This document shows, piece after piece, positions 18,971 through 27,421 of a stretch of 45,536 nucleotides of DNA. Source of the DNA: a virus (Duplodnaviria > Caudoviricetes); the IMG/VR virus record IMGVR_UViG_3300043394_000603, positions 1-45,536 of that record. One strand, given 5' to 3'. Within the stretch, counting starts at the first letter, position 1. The number at the start of each line of letters is the position of its first letter. A program made the position numbers and the translations under genes. The notes below the pieces were generated by a model. It made no database searches. It had not been told where the DNA came from and was given only the letters and a program-made list of their open reading frames with translations.

Positions 18971-20316
18971 TGCAATAATTGTTTGAATATTCTTTCGTTC
19001 CACTTGGCCGCTGGCATGTCCATTTTGTCTGTCCAGCTTGATTCGTGGTCTGGGTGGATAAATAGACCATCGTTGGCTATTTCACAAGGGTATAAATCCC
19101 ATTCCAGATTTTGCATTGTGCTGTTCCATCCGAATTGTTTGCGAATCCAAGCCGCAATAGCCAAGTCAAACCAAGGGCAAGCCACGGCAACGTCTGGGAA
19201 ATCCCTTAGCCTGTCTGCCAACCAGTCCCAACGGAAGGCGAACATTTCCCTACCAATGTGGGCGGGGTCGCGCCGAACACTTGCCGCACCAAAGATTCGT
19301 GCGTGATTAACAATTGGAAACAAGTCTAAAGCCTGAACATCGTCGTTTGTCCAAATGATAATATCCCTACCAGATGTAAACATTACTGCCCTGCTCAACA
19401 TTTCTTTTAGCATTGGCAGCGGTCTTGGATCTCCAATCTCTTGTGCTGTTCTATTTATTCCCTTGGCTCCGAACTCAAGGCCAAATGCCCCTTGTTGGCT
19501 TTTAAACGCCTCTCTGTGACGCTTTTCCTTGCCGAACCTATCCACGACCCCGACAACCGAGCCATGAGGAAATAGGCAGGATTCCACGCCATCGCATACC
19601 TGATCTATTTGGAAGTCCTTATATCTGAACGAGGCCACACTTGTAACTGGGGGAGGACTGCCACGCCACCCATCGTTAATCAACGTCACTACGGGGCATT
19701 TAGTGACATTGGACAACCACAGATGGGCGGTATCAATCGTAACCAGACAGCTTGCCGCATCCAGAATCCCGCAAAGATCGTGAAATCTTTCCGCCCTGAT
19801 CGTAGAAAGGTCAACAATTTTCCAGTCATTAAACCTTTCCCGCAAACCAGACAGCAGTTGTTCGCTATTCGCAAACGGCGAACTTACCCCGTTTATCGCA
19901 ACGGCAATGAAGGGTTCAACATCATAGACCTTGGAGAATATCTGGTTGAATAATTTTTGTTCCCGTTCGGGATTACGCTGATCAAATACATAGGGAAACT
20001 TTCTCCAAATGTCGCCAAATCTTCCCAAGCGGTAACTTTCTTGAGCAAAGCTTGGCTCAAGGTGTCTTTGATCTTCATTCATAAACACCTGTGCTGTCCG
20101 CAAATCGGGCAACCCGCCGCACAGTCCTTTGGCGTATTGAAGCTCTATCGGGTCGCCGCTGTATTTTTTAATTTCGCAATATGTGACACCGTCAAACATC
20201 TCGCTGTATTTGTGCGCCGTTACAAATGTCGATTTCCTGCCAGCCAAGTGTTCGGCGTAAGCCACTGGCAACAAGTTGATGTTGTCTCCTAATCTTCCGA
20301 GATTTAATATGGTCAT
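18967..20316 (-). CDS. GT9 (heptosyltransferase-like, GT-B) domain fused to a C-terminal GT-A-like domain
   Basis: N-terminal RLGDNINLLP and VTIDTAHLWL GT9 motifs; C-terminal IIIWTNDDV...WFD motif. Confidence 0.7.
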   Translation of the reverse strand: MTILNLGRLGDNINLLPVAYAEHLAGRKSTFVTAHKYSEMFDGVTYCEIKKYSGDPIELQYAKGLCGGLPDLRTAQVFMNEDQRHLEPSFAQESYRLGRFGDIWRKFPYVFDQRNPEREQKLFNQIFSKVYDVEPFIAVAINGVSSPFANSEQLLSGLRERFNDWKIVDLSTIRAERFHDLCGILDAASCLVTIDTAHLWLSNVTKCPVVTLINDGWRGSPPPVTSVASFRYKDFQIDQVCDGVESCLFPHGSVVGVVDRFGKEKRHREAFKSQQGAFGLEFGAKGINRTAQEIGDPRPLPMLKEMLSRAVMFTSGRDIIIWTNDDVQALDLFPIVNHARIFGAASVRRDPAHIGREMFAFRWDWLADRLRDFPDVAVACPWFDLAIAAWIRKQFGWNSTMQNLEWDLYPCEIANDGLFIHPDHESSWTDKMDMPAAKWNERIFKQLLQ

Positions 20317-20350
20317 AACAAAAGGGGGAGAGAGCTTCCGCCCCCTCCCC
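20317..20350 (-). terminator. intrinsic terminator-like hairpin
   Basis: GGGGAGGGGGC-GGAA-GCTCTCTCCCC followed by CTTTTGTT on the minus strand. Confidence 0.7.
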
Positions 20351-20369
20351 ATGATCTAATCACTTGTGG

Positions 20370-20531
20370 CTAAAATTGCAAGGGGTTTGCCACCCTTGGC
20401 ATGTCTTCAACAAGCGGAAGAACGTAGGCCTTTTCCTCGCTCTTTGGCTTGCGTGGCAATTCAATTGCTGTAATTGCTGATACAAACCCAACAACTACAA
20501 TGGCTAGTGCTATCGTGGCTTTTGTTTTCAT
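20370..20531 (-). CDS. small membrane-anchored protein
   Basis: MKTKATIALAIVVVGFVSAITAIE hydrophobic N-terminus. Confidence 0.6.
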   Translation of the reverse strand: MKTKATIALAIVVVGFVSAITAIELPRKPKSEEKAYVLPLVEDMPRVANPLQF

Positions 20532-20809
20532 TATTTTATTCTCCAAATACAATATGTTTTTTTTAGTTTAATATAAACCGTTCTGAATTTAAACTTCTTT
20601 CCTGTTGCTTTTTCATGAACCCTTGTTACCGACTGCAAGCTATTGGGGTTCGCCTTTAGCTCCATGGGCCAAGCAAAAGACTCTCCAACCTCAAGTTGTT
20701 TTAACATGTCGTGCAATGGATGTTTCATTGCTGGAAAGCAACAAACCTTTTTTGGAAGAGGAAGATCGTTTCTAATCCAAATTTTAACCAGACGTTTTTT
20801 CGTAAACAT
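20531..20809 (-). CDS. small basic protein, possibly DNA-binding
   Basis: LKQLEVGESF...KKFKFRTV...IWRIK pattern. Confidence 0.6.
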   Translation of the reverse strand: MFTKKRLVKIWIRNDLPLPKKVCCFPAMKHPLHDMLKQLEVGESFAWPMELKANPNSLQSVTRVHEKATGKKFKFRTVYIKLKKTYCIWRIK

Positions 20810-20815
20810 ATTTTT

Positions 20816-21157
20816 TTATTCTTCACGCATGGATTCAAGGTCATCCTCAACTTCCATGCATATATCGCGGTAGTTGTTTTCCGAGTATGCGTTAATCTCG
20901 TCCCACAGGGCATTTTCTATCACTTCTGTAAGCTCCGCATTACCCTCGATGTTGATTTTTTCAATGCGTCTTCCGCTGATTGACCAACCAATCGGCGTCC
21001 CGCATTCCGACTCAATGGAGCACTCAACAACTTCGACCCCCTGTGCTTCTGCCTCGTTGTCAAACTCGACCGAAGCTTCGATAGATACATAATACACCTT
21101 TCCAGAAACTTCGATTTCTTTTTCAACTCCGATCTCATAACTGCATGTGTGTTTCAT
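20816..21157 (-). CDS. highly acidic small early protein
   Basis: 113 aa, very Glu-rich. Confidence 0.7.
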   Translation of the reverse strand: MKHTCSYEIGVEKEIEVSGKVYYVSIEASVEFDNEAEAQGVEVVECSIESECGTPIGWSISGRRIEKINIEGNAELTEVIENALWDEINAYSENNYRDICMEVEDDLESMREE

Positions 21158-21161
21158 GATT

Positions 21162-21293
21162 TTAATATATTTTAAAGAATTGAACTTTGTGGTTTTCGGT
21201 TCGACCGATTTTCCACCCCTGACAGATCAAAAATTCAGCAATTCTTGCTCCGTCTTTGGTGGTAATATCAATGTATTTTATTCGTGTTTTCAT
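21162..21293 (-). CDS. small hypothetical protein (43 aa)
   Basis: MKTRIKYIDITTKDGARIAEFLICQGWKIGR...; coupled to the upstream stop. Confidence 0.5.
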   Translation of the reverse strand: MKTRIKYIDITTKDGARIAEFLICQGWKIGRTENHKVQFFKIY

Positions 21294-21463
21294 TGTTGTG
21301 TTTTTATTTTGCAGATTTCAACAAGTGCTTTTTGTGTGATCTTTTTTCCGCATCGCGAAACAAATTCCATTTCAATATCGGGAAAGTCTGGGCTCGTTAC
21401 CCTCTTTCCATCAAACAGAATAGGAACAATTTCACCCGCAATATTGAGTTTCATTTTATTCAT
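21290..21463 (-). CDS. small hypothetical protein (57 aa)
   Basis: MNKMKLNIAGEIVPILFDGKRVTSPDFP...; fills a gap in the gene run. Confidence 0.55.
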   Translation of the reverse strand: MNKMKLNIAGEIVPILFDGKRVTSPDFPDIEMEFVSRCGKKITQKALVEICKIKTQQ

Positions 21464-21734
21464 TAATGTATTCTCTTTCTAGCATTCCTTCTTCCAGTAA
21501 GAATGTTAACATTTTGCCGAACGTCTCGTCTGGTATTGATGCCATTTCCCCAATGGCTCCAACCCTTCCAAGCTCGCCAAGCTCGTAGCCTTGCAGTGTC
21601 TCTTGTGTTGTTGTTAGGCGCATCTGCCCTGACTCCGAGGTCAGAGTAAAGACGCTGACAGGAAGCGGTGAGCGGCAACATTTTGTGGTATGTGTGAATG
21701 TTTTTTTCATGGTTTTTAATTGTTGTAAGTCCAT
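21456..21734 (-). CDS. hypothetical protein
   Basis: ORF in the co-directional early run. Confidence 0.55.
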   Translation of the reverse strand: MDLQQLKTMKKTFTHTTKCCRSPLPVSVFTLTSESGQMRLTTTQETLQGYELGELGRVGAIGEMASIPDETFGKMLTFLLEEGMLEREYINE

Positions 21735-21875
21735 TCATCCAACTGCTTGTAAGCAATAAGGCGTTCAATCCAAGTTGCGTTGTTTGTCCACGTTATGCCA
21801 ATCGCCAAAAGCGACGGCTGTTTTTCTTTGATTCCTAGCATTAGCTTTATATCGTGAATAATATCTTTCATTGTT

Positions 21876-22181
21876 TTAGTTATTTGCTTGTTCTAATTTT
21901 AGTGCTGGATGGAAGGGATGGGCTACATGCACATAAAATTGAGCCTCTTTGGGTGGTGGTGAATATTTTCTAAGGTCAACTATTGAAATGTTTGCCATTT
22001 CGGGCCTCGATTCAAGCCAGTCAAATATCTTTGACGCATCATCGTAGCATTTGCAAGCCCAAGCAACTCGACTTGGCCCACCGCTTGCGTTTCCCCAAAA
22101 GCTTGCGATTTTGTCTTTGGCAACCACTCCAAAAATATGGGTTGATTTTTGTTCTTCCGTTCTTTCGTCTTGGATTTCCAT
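21876..22181 (-). CDS. hypothetical early protein
   Basis: 101-aa ORF, typical leader aaccATG. Confidence 0.7.
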   Translation of the reverse strand: MEIQDERTEEQKSTHIFGVVAKDKIASFWGNASGGPSRVAWACKCYDDASKIFDWLESRPEMANISIVDLRKYSPPPKEAQFYVHVAHPFHPALKLEQANN

Positions 22182-22187
22182 GGTTAC

Positions 22188-22406
22188 TTAAACGTAAAGG
22201 TTTTCAATTCTTTTGCATTCTTCTTTAATTGCTTGCATATCAGGAACATACGGCAAGCATCCTATGTTCATGCACGCTTCAACTACTTGTGCGTCTCCGA
22301 ATTCTTGGCACAGATTAAACAGTGGAAGCGAATCAAATGTCTTTCCATTGATTTTAATTCCTTGCCAAAAATCATAATGAATGTTACCGAGTGCGTCTTT
22401 AAACAT
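22188..22406 (-). CDS. hypothetical protein
   Basis: ORF in the co-directional run. Confidence 0.6.
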   Translation of the reverse strand: MFKDALGNIHYDFWQGIKINGKTFDSLPLFNLCQEFGDAQVVEACMNIGCLPYVPDMQAIKEECKRIENLYV

Positions 22407-22626
22407 GATTATATGAGGTCATCTTGGTCTATTCACGATTTCCCCCCAGAAGACGGAGAGCAATTAGCTCCCGCGCTCCCAACTGAACCCCCTCCACAGA
22501 AGAGGCCAACCGCAGCGGAAAGATTTGAAACAATCCGCCACAGAAAAGATCGAAAGGGAAGGGGCTCACGCATGAGAAGTGGAGAATTGAGGTGGGCAAC
22601 CAAAGGTAAATAGGTTTTTGTTTTTT

Positions 22627-22923
22627 TTATTTTTCTATATAGTGGGACACCCCAGCGACATAGCCAAGGTCATAACAGCTTGCCTGATCTTCGGCTGTAT
22701 ATGGGTTGTTGGATTCTCCGATGTCCAGTCCGTCCAAAAATCCCCGCATATAGGCGGGATTGTCTTTGTGCAAAAATACTCTTTCTCCACATGTTGGACA
22801 TTGGTTCGCCAATGGCCCAACTAATCCGCCAATATTGCAAACGCTTTGACATGCAGAACAAAGTGCCTCGTTATCTAGTAGTTCAATTTTCATGTTTTTC
22901 ATATGTTTAGGATTTAAATGCAA
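22627..22923 (-). CDS. small zinc-ribbon protein
   Basis: CSAC...CPTC; true start probably a few codons downstream. Confidence 0.6.
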   Translation of the reverse strand: MHLNPKHMKNMKIELLDNEALCSACQSVCNIGGLVGPLANQCPTCGERVFLHKDNPAYMRGFLDGLDIGESNNPYTAEDQASCYDLGYVAGVSHYIEK

Positions 22924-23356
22924 TTGGTTTTTTGCCAGTAAAAATACTGTAATGCTTTAATGCGTCTAACCAGTCGTCCTCGTTGCCATCCGAGAAAAAG
23001 ACAAACTCTTTTTTGAATGCCTGTTTCAGTGCAAGCAAAGAAAAGCACACGATTAGATCGTATGGTTGCCGTCTCGTCTTGCAGAAGCCAGATTTATCGC
23101 TGAGAAAATCTGACCATTGGATGGAAAAGGTTTCGCAGTCTTCACCGCTCTCTTCGTCACCATTCAGCCAGATTTCGCTCTCGTTAATAATCGGCTTACC
23201 CTTGCCGAAGCCGCCCTTAACCTTGAAAAGGTCTTGAACCTCAACGAACTTCGCAAACTTTTTAATTGTCGAAGCCGCAGAACGGAAACGATAACGAACG
23301 ACTTCCGCGTCTAATGCTTCGTCTGCTTTGATTTCCCAGTAGTGAGTATATCCCAT
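22907..23356 (-). CDS. conserved hypothetical protein (MGYTHYW family)
   Basis: MGYTHYW...ETF...FCKTRRQPYD...SDG motif. Confidence 0.75.
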   Translation of the reverse strand: MGYTHYWEIKADEALDAEVVRYRFRSAASTIKKFAKFVEVQDLFKVKGGFGKGKPIINESEIWLNGDEESGEDCETFSIQWSDFLSDKSGFCKTRRQPYDLIVCFSLLALKQAFKKEFVFFSDGNEDDWLDALKHYSIFTGKKPIAFKS

Positions 23357-23376
23357 ATGTTTTGTGTGGTTTGTTG

Positions 23377-23718
23377 TTATTTTTGTTTTTCTATCTCGTC
23401 TAAACAGTTACCAATCATAGCTATATAATATCCGCCCCTTTTAAAGTCTTCTGCGTTCTCGTAAGTGCAAGCCCCCAGATAGTCGGAAGCTTCCCTGCCT
23501 TGGCGGTCTTTTACAACTACCTTTGCAGTGAACCATGCCCAGACATCTCCGTCTTCAAGTCGTTTAATGATCGCTTCTTCGTAAGCCCTATCCTCTTTTT
23601 CGTTTCCAGAGTCTAATGCGTTCCCTCTGACTCTTATGGTTTCAGGAATGGCTTCAAGAGTAACGGTATAGCAACTCTCGTATATTTTGATAATGTCTTC
23701 TTCTGTTGTTGGTTTCAT
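23377..23718 (-). CDS. hypothetical early protein
   Basis: 113 aa, WAWF...YLGAC motif. Confidence 0.7.
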   Translation of the reverse strand: MKPTTEEDIIKIYESCYTVTLEAIPETIRVRGNALDSGNEKEDRAYEEAIIKRLEDGDVWAWFTAKVVVKDRQGREASDYLGACTYENAEDFKRGGYYIAMIGNCLDEIEKQK

Positions 23719-23729
23719 GGTGGTTATTT

Positions 23730-23894
23730 TTAATATATTGCAAAGCCTAGTTCTTTATTTATTTCATTCCATTTTGTTTCTGTGTTTTCTGGCTCGTTGT
23801 CTGCATCCATAATTTCAATATCTACCATTTCGGTGTTAGATATCACGCTTTGCACAACTCCGCCCGATACATATATGGCTATTTTTGTTTTCAT
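23730..23894 (-). CDS. small hypothetical protein (54 aa)
   Basis: MKTKIAIYVSGGVVQSVISN...; leader aaaaacATG. Confidence 0.6.
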   Translation of the reverse strand: MKTKIAIYVSGGVVQSVISNTEMVDIEIMDADNEPENTETKWNEINKELGFAIY

Positions 23895-23899
23895 GTTTT

Positions 23900-24124
23900 T
23901 TATTTTCCTGATTGTTTTTCTTCCATTGCATAAGCAGAATCTAACAGTGCGCCGTGCAGAGAATGCAAGGCCAGCCAGACTTTTTCTGTTTCCTGCCTAT
24001 CGAAAGCCGAAAGCCCTTCCATTGCAATTTGACTTGAAAGCAAATCTGCCGCCGCCCCAGCTATCATGGCTGCTTGGCGCGTTTCTTTGATAATAGCCGC
24101 TTCTGTTGTTGGTTCTGTTTTCAT
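23900..24124 (-). CDS. hypothetical protein
   Basis: ORF in the co-directional run. Confidence 0.65.
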   Translation of the reverse strand: MKTEPTTEAAIIKETRQAAMIAGAAADLLSSQIAMEGLSAFDRQETEKVWLALHSLHGALLDSAYAMEEKQSGK

Positions 24125-24191
24125 GTTTTTAAACGTTGCTTAACTTGTTGCAGTTTCCTGGATACGTTGCAAGTTATTTTTTTTATTTTTT

Positions 24192-24416
24192 TTAATCTAT
24201 TGCTGCCTGAGCGTGCAGGAACGTTTCAACTTCTTCTTCTGAGCAAAGCTGAATATCGTCCTGAAACTTTTCGATGGAATGGCGCACACCGTAAAAGTCA
24301 AAGGCTTCCACTTTGCTATATTGATACTTTTTCCGAAAATTGATCAGCTTGCCGTTGCAATTTTCTGACCATTCGATTTTAAAAAAATCGCCTTCTTTCA
24401 ACTCTGATGTTTTCAT
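24192..24416 (-). CDS. hypothetical protein
   Basis: Start reassigned to MKTSELKEGDFF. Confidence 0.6.
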   Translation of the reverse strand: MKTSELKEGDFFKIEWSENCNGKLINFRKKYQYSKVEAFDFYGVRHSIEKFQDDIQLCSEEEVETFLHAQAAID

Positions 24417-24420
24417 TTTT

Positions 24421-24690
24421 TTATTCTTCTGAATCTTCCGTGATGTTTCCTGATGCAATCCAGATAATGCGCCTTTCGTTCGCATGGCGGTCTTGAAGCT
24501 CCTTGTCTTCCCACGCGCCATATTCTGACAACTCTGCGATTAAGTCCGCGTCGGAAACGTGGGACAAGTCAACTTTGTCGTGCCAATAATCGACACAGTC
24601 GGAAACGTCTCCACTTTGCGAACAGTCGATTGCACACTGCTCTGGGACTTGAACTGTGAATCTGTTGAACATTGCTGTTTTCATGGTCAT
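24421..24690 (-). CDS. acidic hypothetical early protein
   Basis: EYGAW...RIIWIA motif. Confidence 0.7.
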   Translation of the reverse strand: MTMKTAMFNRFTVQVPEQCAIDCSQSGDVSDCVDYWHDKVDLSHVSDADLIAELSEYGAWEDKELQDRHANERRIIWIASGNITEDSEE

Positions 24691-24692
24691 GA

Positions 24693-24941
24693 TTATTTAA
24701 CAAGTTGTTTTAGTTCTGCCTTGATACGCTTTGCCGTCTCGCCCCGCCAAGTGCTGGCATTGCAAAGGAAACGCAAAATGATTTCCTTGCCACTATCCCA
24801 GCCATAGCTATCTTCAGGCGATGAAAGGCCAGCCATTGCTTGCAAGTATGGCCTTGCCGCAAAGTTGACCTTGCTTCCCCAGTCTTTTCTGATTTCAGCG
24901 GCGATTGCTGCCACGCTTCTGTTTTCTGTTATTGTAGTCAT
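24693..24941 (-). CDS. conserved hypothetical early protein
   Basis: ARPYL...FLCNASTWRGETAKRIK motif. Confidence 0.7.
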   Translation of the reverse strand: MTTITENRSVAAIAAEIRKDWGSKVNFAARPYLQAMAGLSSPEDSYGWDSGKEIILRFLCNASTWRGETAKRIKAELKQLVK

Positions 24942-24960
24942 GTTATTTTTGGTTTTTGGG

Positions 24961-25665
24961 TTAATTAGAGCCCTCTGAAGATGCTATTGCCTTTTGTTTT
25001 TGGTAGCCGTGAGCCGTAATAAATATATGAGGCAGCGGTTTATTACGCAAAATGGTGCGCCTATTACCGTCACAGAGTCCGCATTCCTTGCATGTTATCC
25101 CCTTTGCGTCCGCTAGGCATTCAATACCAGCTTCAGGCATAGGCGACGGAACCACGGAAAAAGTCCGCAAACCTAAGGCTTGCGCCTTTTTAAAGTTGCT
25201 TGCCTCACATGATGCCATGAAGAAACGGCCATAACTCTTTGCGTCGTCTTCTTTCATCATGTGCCAGTCATGAAAGTAGCCAGTGATTTTCCTTGCCCTT
25301 TTGGCAATATCTTCGACCATGGGAAGGGGAAGCAAAGACGGATTGCCATATGCTCCAAAGCGAACAAAATCAGTCGCGAAAAACTCTTCCCATTGCTCGC
25401 TTCCCATTGCCAGCGGTTTATAGCTTCCCCTTTTCCACGCGTTAAAAATGGAAATCAGAGGGTTGTTATAAACGTAACAACCGCTACCAGAAGCAAAGAC
25501 ACATCCAGCGCACTGATTCTTGGCGTCATGTCCGCTTTTTCGAGACTCTACAGGATGCATGGTCGAATCAAGAATCCAAACTTGCACGCTTTTGCCAGTT
25601 TTTCTGTTGCCTTTCGATTTTGTAGCAATTGCAACAATTTTGTCAGTTTGATGGATTATATACAT
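24961..25665 (-). CDS. Cys-rich early protein, GP88-like / radical-SAM-like fold
   Basis: NRKTG, CAGC...GCYV, VRFGAYGNP, TGYFHDW, C...CKECGLC. Confidence 0.6.
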   Translation of the reverse strand: MYIIHQTDKIVAIATKSKGNRKTGKSVQVWILDSTMHPVESRKSGHDAKNQCAGCVFASGSGCYVYNNPLISIFNAWKRGSYKPLAMGSEQWEEFFATDFVRFGAYGNPSLLPLPMVEDIAKRARKITGYFHDWHMMKEDDAKSYGRFFMASCEASNFKKAQALGLRTFSVVPSPMPEAGIECLADAKGITCKECGLCDGNRRTILRNKPLPHIFITAHGYQKQKAIASSEGSN

Positions 25666-25671
25666 GGGATA

Positions 25672-25863
25672 TTATTTTGTCAGTTTGTCCACAGCAATAA
25701 TAAAGAGAGACAAAGCAATGCCGCAAACTATGGCAGACTCCAAAAATGAAAGGTTAACAAGCTCCCTAAGAATGCCAGAGAGATAGAATCTCCCATTGCT
25801 TGGCTTGCGTAATATGCATTTAACATGCAATGCAACTCTGTTAATAGGCTGTGATGATTTCAT
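25672..25863 (-). CDS. small membrane protein
   Basis: C-terminal hydrophobic helix. Confidence 0.5.
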   Translation of the reverse strand: MKSSQPINRVALHVKCILRKPSNGRFYLSGILRELVNLSFLESAIVCGIALSLFIIAVDKLTK

Positions 25864-25867
25864 GATA

Positions 25868-26410
25868 TTAATAAAGGACGATCAGATTCCCGTTAACCTT
25901 AATACCCGCTATGTTATCGGCAGATAGAATAAACTGAGCAAAGCGCGTGCGTTTAAATCCGCATAGCTTTTCAATTCTATTTTTCGCAATGGTCAAAGGT
26001 TTGCTGTTAACAGGTTTGCGAGGATTGATAGGCTCTGCTATCTGTTCCTTTTGTTGAACAAAGCCATAGATGTAAATCTCTCCCGTTTCCTTATGTTGCT
26101 TTATGCCTTTGCCGATATTCTCGAAAGAATCCTTCTGAGTGTAGCTTTTGCTCACACCCTCCGTTAGCGTTTCCCTAAGTGATGCAACGATCTTTTCCTT
26201 TGCTTCTGTTTCGATACTATCCTTAGGCGTATATGATTCAATTGCCAAAAGATCATGCTCGCACGCCGAACGATAGTCAATCCCCAGATTGATAGTATAA
26301 CGTGACGTTTCTCCAGTTGTCCTAGAGCAATACAGAAAAGACGTGAAACGACAGCCCTTTGCAGTTGAATTCCTTAGCTCTTCTAGCGTTTTAATGTTTA
26401 TGTTTTTCAT
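25868..26410 (-). CDS. first gene of the early cluster, hypothetical
   Basis: 180-aa ORF directly after a sigma70-like promoter. Confidence 0.75.
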   Translation of the reverse strand: MKNINIKTLEELRNSTAKGCRFTSFLYCSRTTGETSRYTINLGIDYRSACEHDLLAIESYTPKDSIETEAKEKIVASLRETLTEGVSKSYTQKDSFENIGKGIKQHKETGEIYIYGFVQQKEQIAEPINPRKPVNSKPLTIAKNRIEKLCGFKRTRFAQFILSADNIAGIKVNGNLIVLY

Positions 26411-26419
26411 GACAGGTGA

Positions 26420-26448
26420 AATATCGCAGCAAAGATAAAACAGTGCAA
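26420..26448 (-). promoter_or_regulatory. sigma70-like early promoter
   Basis: TTGCAC-N17-GATATT ending 9 nt before ATG 26410, with an AT-rich upstream tract. Confidence 0.5.
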
Positions 26449-26589
26449 GTGATTTTTTTAAATAAAATAAAATATTTCCAGTCTTTAATTATAACAATTA
26501 TAAATAAGGATTGGCCTAGTGCGGGAAAGGGAAAACATGCAAGCAATATTATCCGCGCTTTGTCATAATATTCCGTGTCATAAAGAAGA

Positions 26590-26910
26590 TGGGAACAGAG
26601 GGCAGGAGCAGTGGGAGCGTGGCGGACGAACAGGAGAGGCGAGATGCCGCCAAGGGAACGGGGCGAGCAGGGCGGACGGAGCCCAGCCATGAGAGCCAGC
26701 TATCACATAGGAGGGGGAAGGGAGGGTGGGGCGAAGCCCGCAGCATAGGAGGGGAGGGAAGACAGAGGGAGAGAGAGGGAGGGAGGGCGCAGCACCAAGA
26801 GCGTGAGAGGAGAGCAGGGGCGGTCTCACCCTTCGGTCGCCAGCGCAACGCGCCACAGCGCAACGTAGAGCAATTGCACCCCCACCCCACGGGTCTCACC
26901 CCCCACCTTC
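26590..26910 (+). other. non-coding purine-skewed region with G-quadruplex motifs; candidate genome end or origin
   Basis: GGGGGAAGGGAGGGTGGGG (26713-26731), further G3 runs 26751-26787, C runs 26879-26907; overlapping ORFs are low-complexity. Confidence 0.55.
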
Positions 26911-27250
26911 GGCTGGTGCTATGTTGTTAGCTATAGATACCCCCTCTCAAAAATTTTTTACCAAAAACAAAATGGGATAACTCGCTATCAATCCCCTCTA
27001 TGCTTAATGCAATAGGTTGAAAGACGTTTAGTCTGGCCTCGACAGATGGGGCTATGCTTGGTTTTTGTGCGTTAGTTCAAACGTGGCTTGAACTACGTTA
27101 CATATTGTAGGACAATGTCGATAAGTTACTATCCTTTGTAAATGGGAGGTGGAGTCGCTGTTCGTTGACAATGGGGAATGTTGCCTAACGTTGCCATAGT
27201 AAACTGGCGCGGCTTACTAAACTTGCTTGGTATAGTGAAGTGGGGGGAGT

Positions 27251-27421
27251 TTATTGTGTGGCCTTATGAGTCTTCTTTAGCCAATTTTCTGCCTCTTTCT
27301 CTGTGAAGAAGAAGATTTCTCCGTTGCGGTCTATGTAATTCTTCCACGTTCTTCCCTGTTTGGACTGGGGGAAGTAGGTGGCCAGTTTTCTATTAACGGT
27401 CTTTTTTATGCGGGTTGCCAT
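27251..27421 (-). CDS. small protein (56 aa), paralog of 28080..28343 and 28834..29067
   Basis: MATRIKK...YFPQSKQGRTWKNY...FFTEKEAENWL; coupled to the upstream stop; not in the ORF track. Confidence 0.6.
   Translation of the reverse strand: MATRIKKTVNRKLATYFPQSKQGRTWKNYIDRNGEIFFFTEKEAENWLKKTHKATQ

Noticed and set aside
26391-26930. Several overlapping ORFs (26391..26690, 26549..26899, 26578..26856, 26589..26930)
   Set aside because: Low-complexity Pro/Ser/Leu or Gly/Arg/Glu translations produced by the purine-skewed tract; not credible genes
27070-27130. Hairpin TAGTTCAA/TTGAACTA followed by CTACGTTA, reminiscent of HEARO/omega-RNA
   Set aside because: Only short motif similarity; no IscB/TnpB gene or IS200/605 ends nearby; the TTGAAC here also lacks GTC at 17 nt
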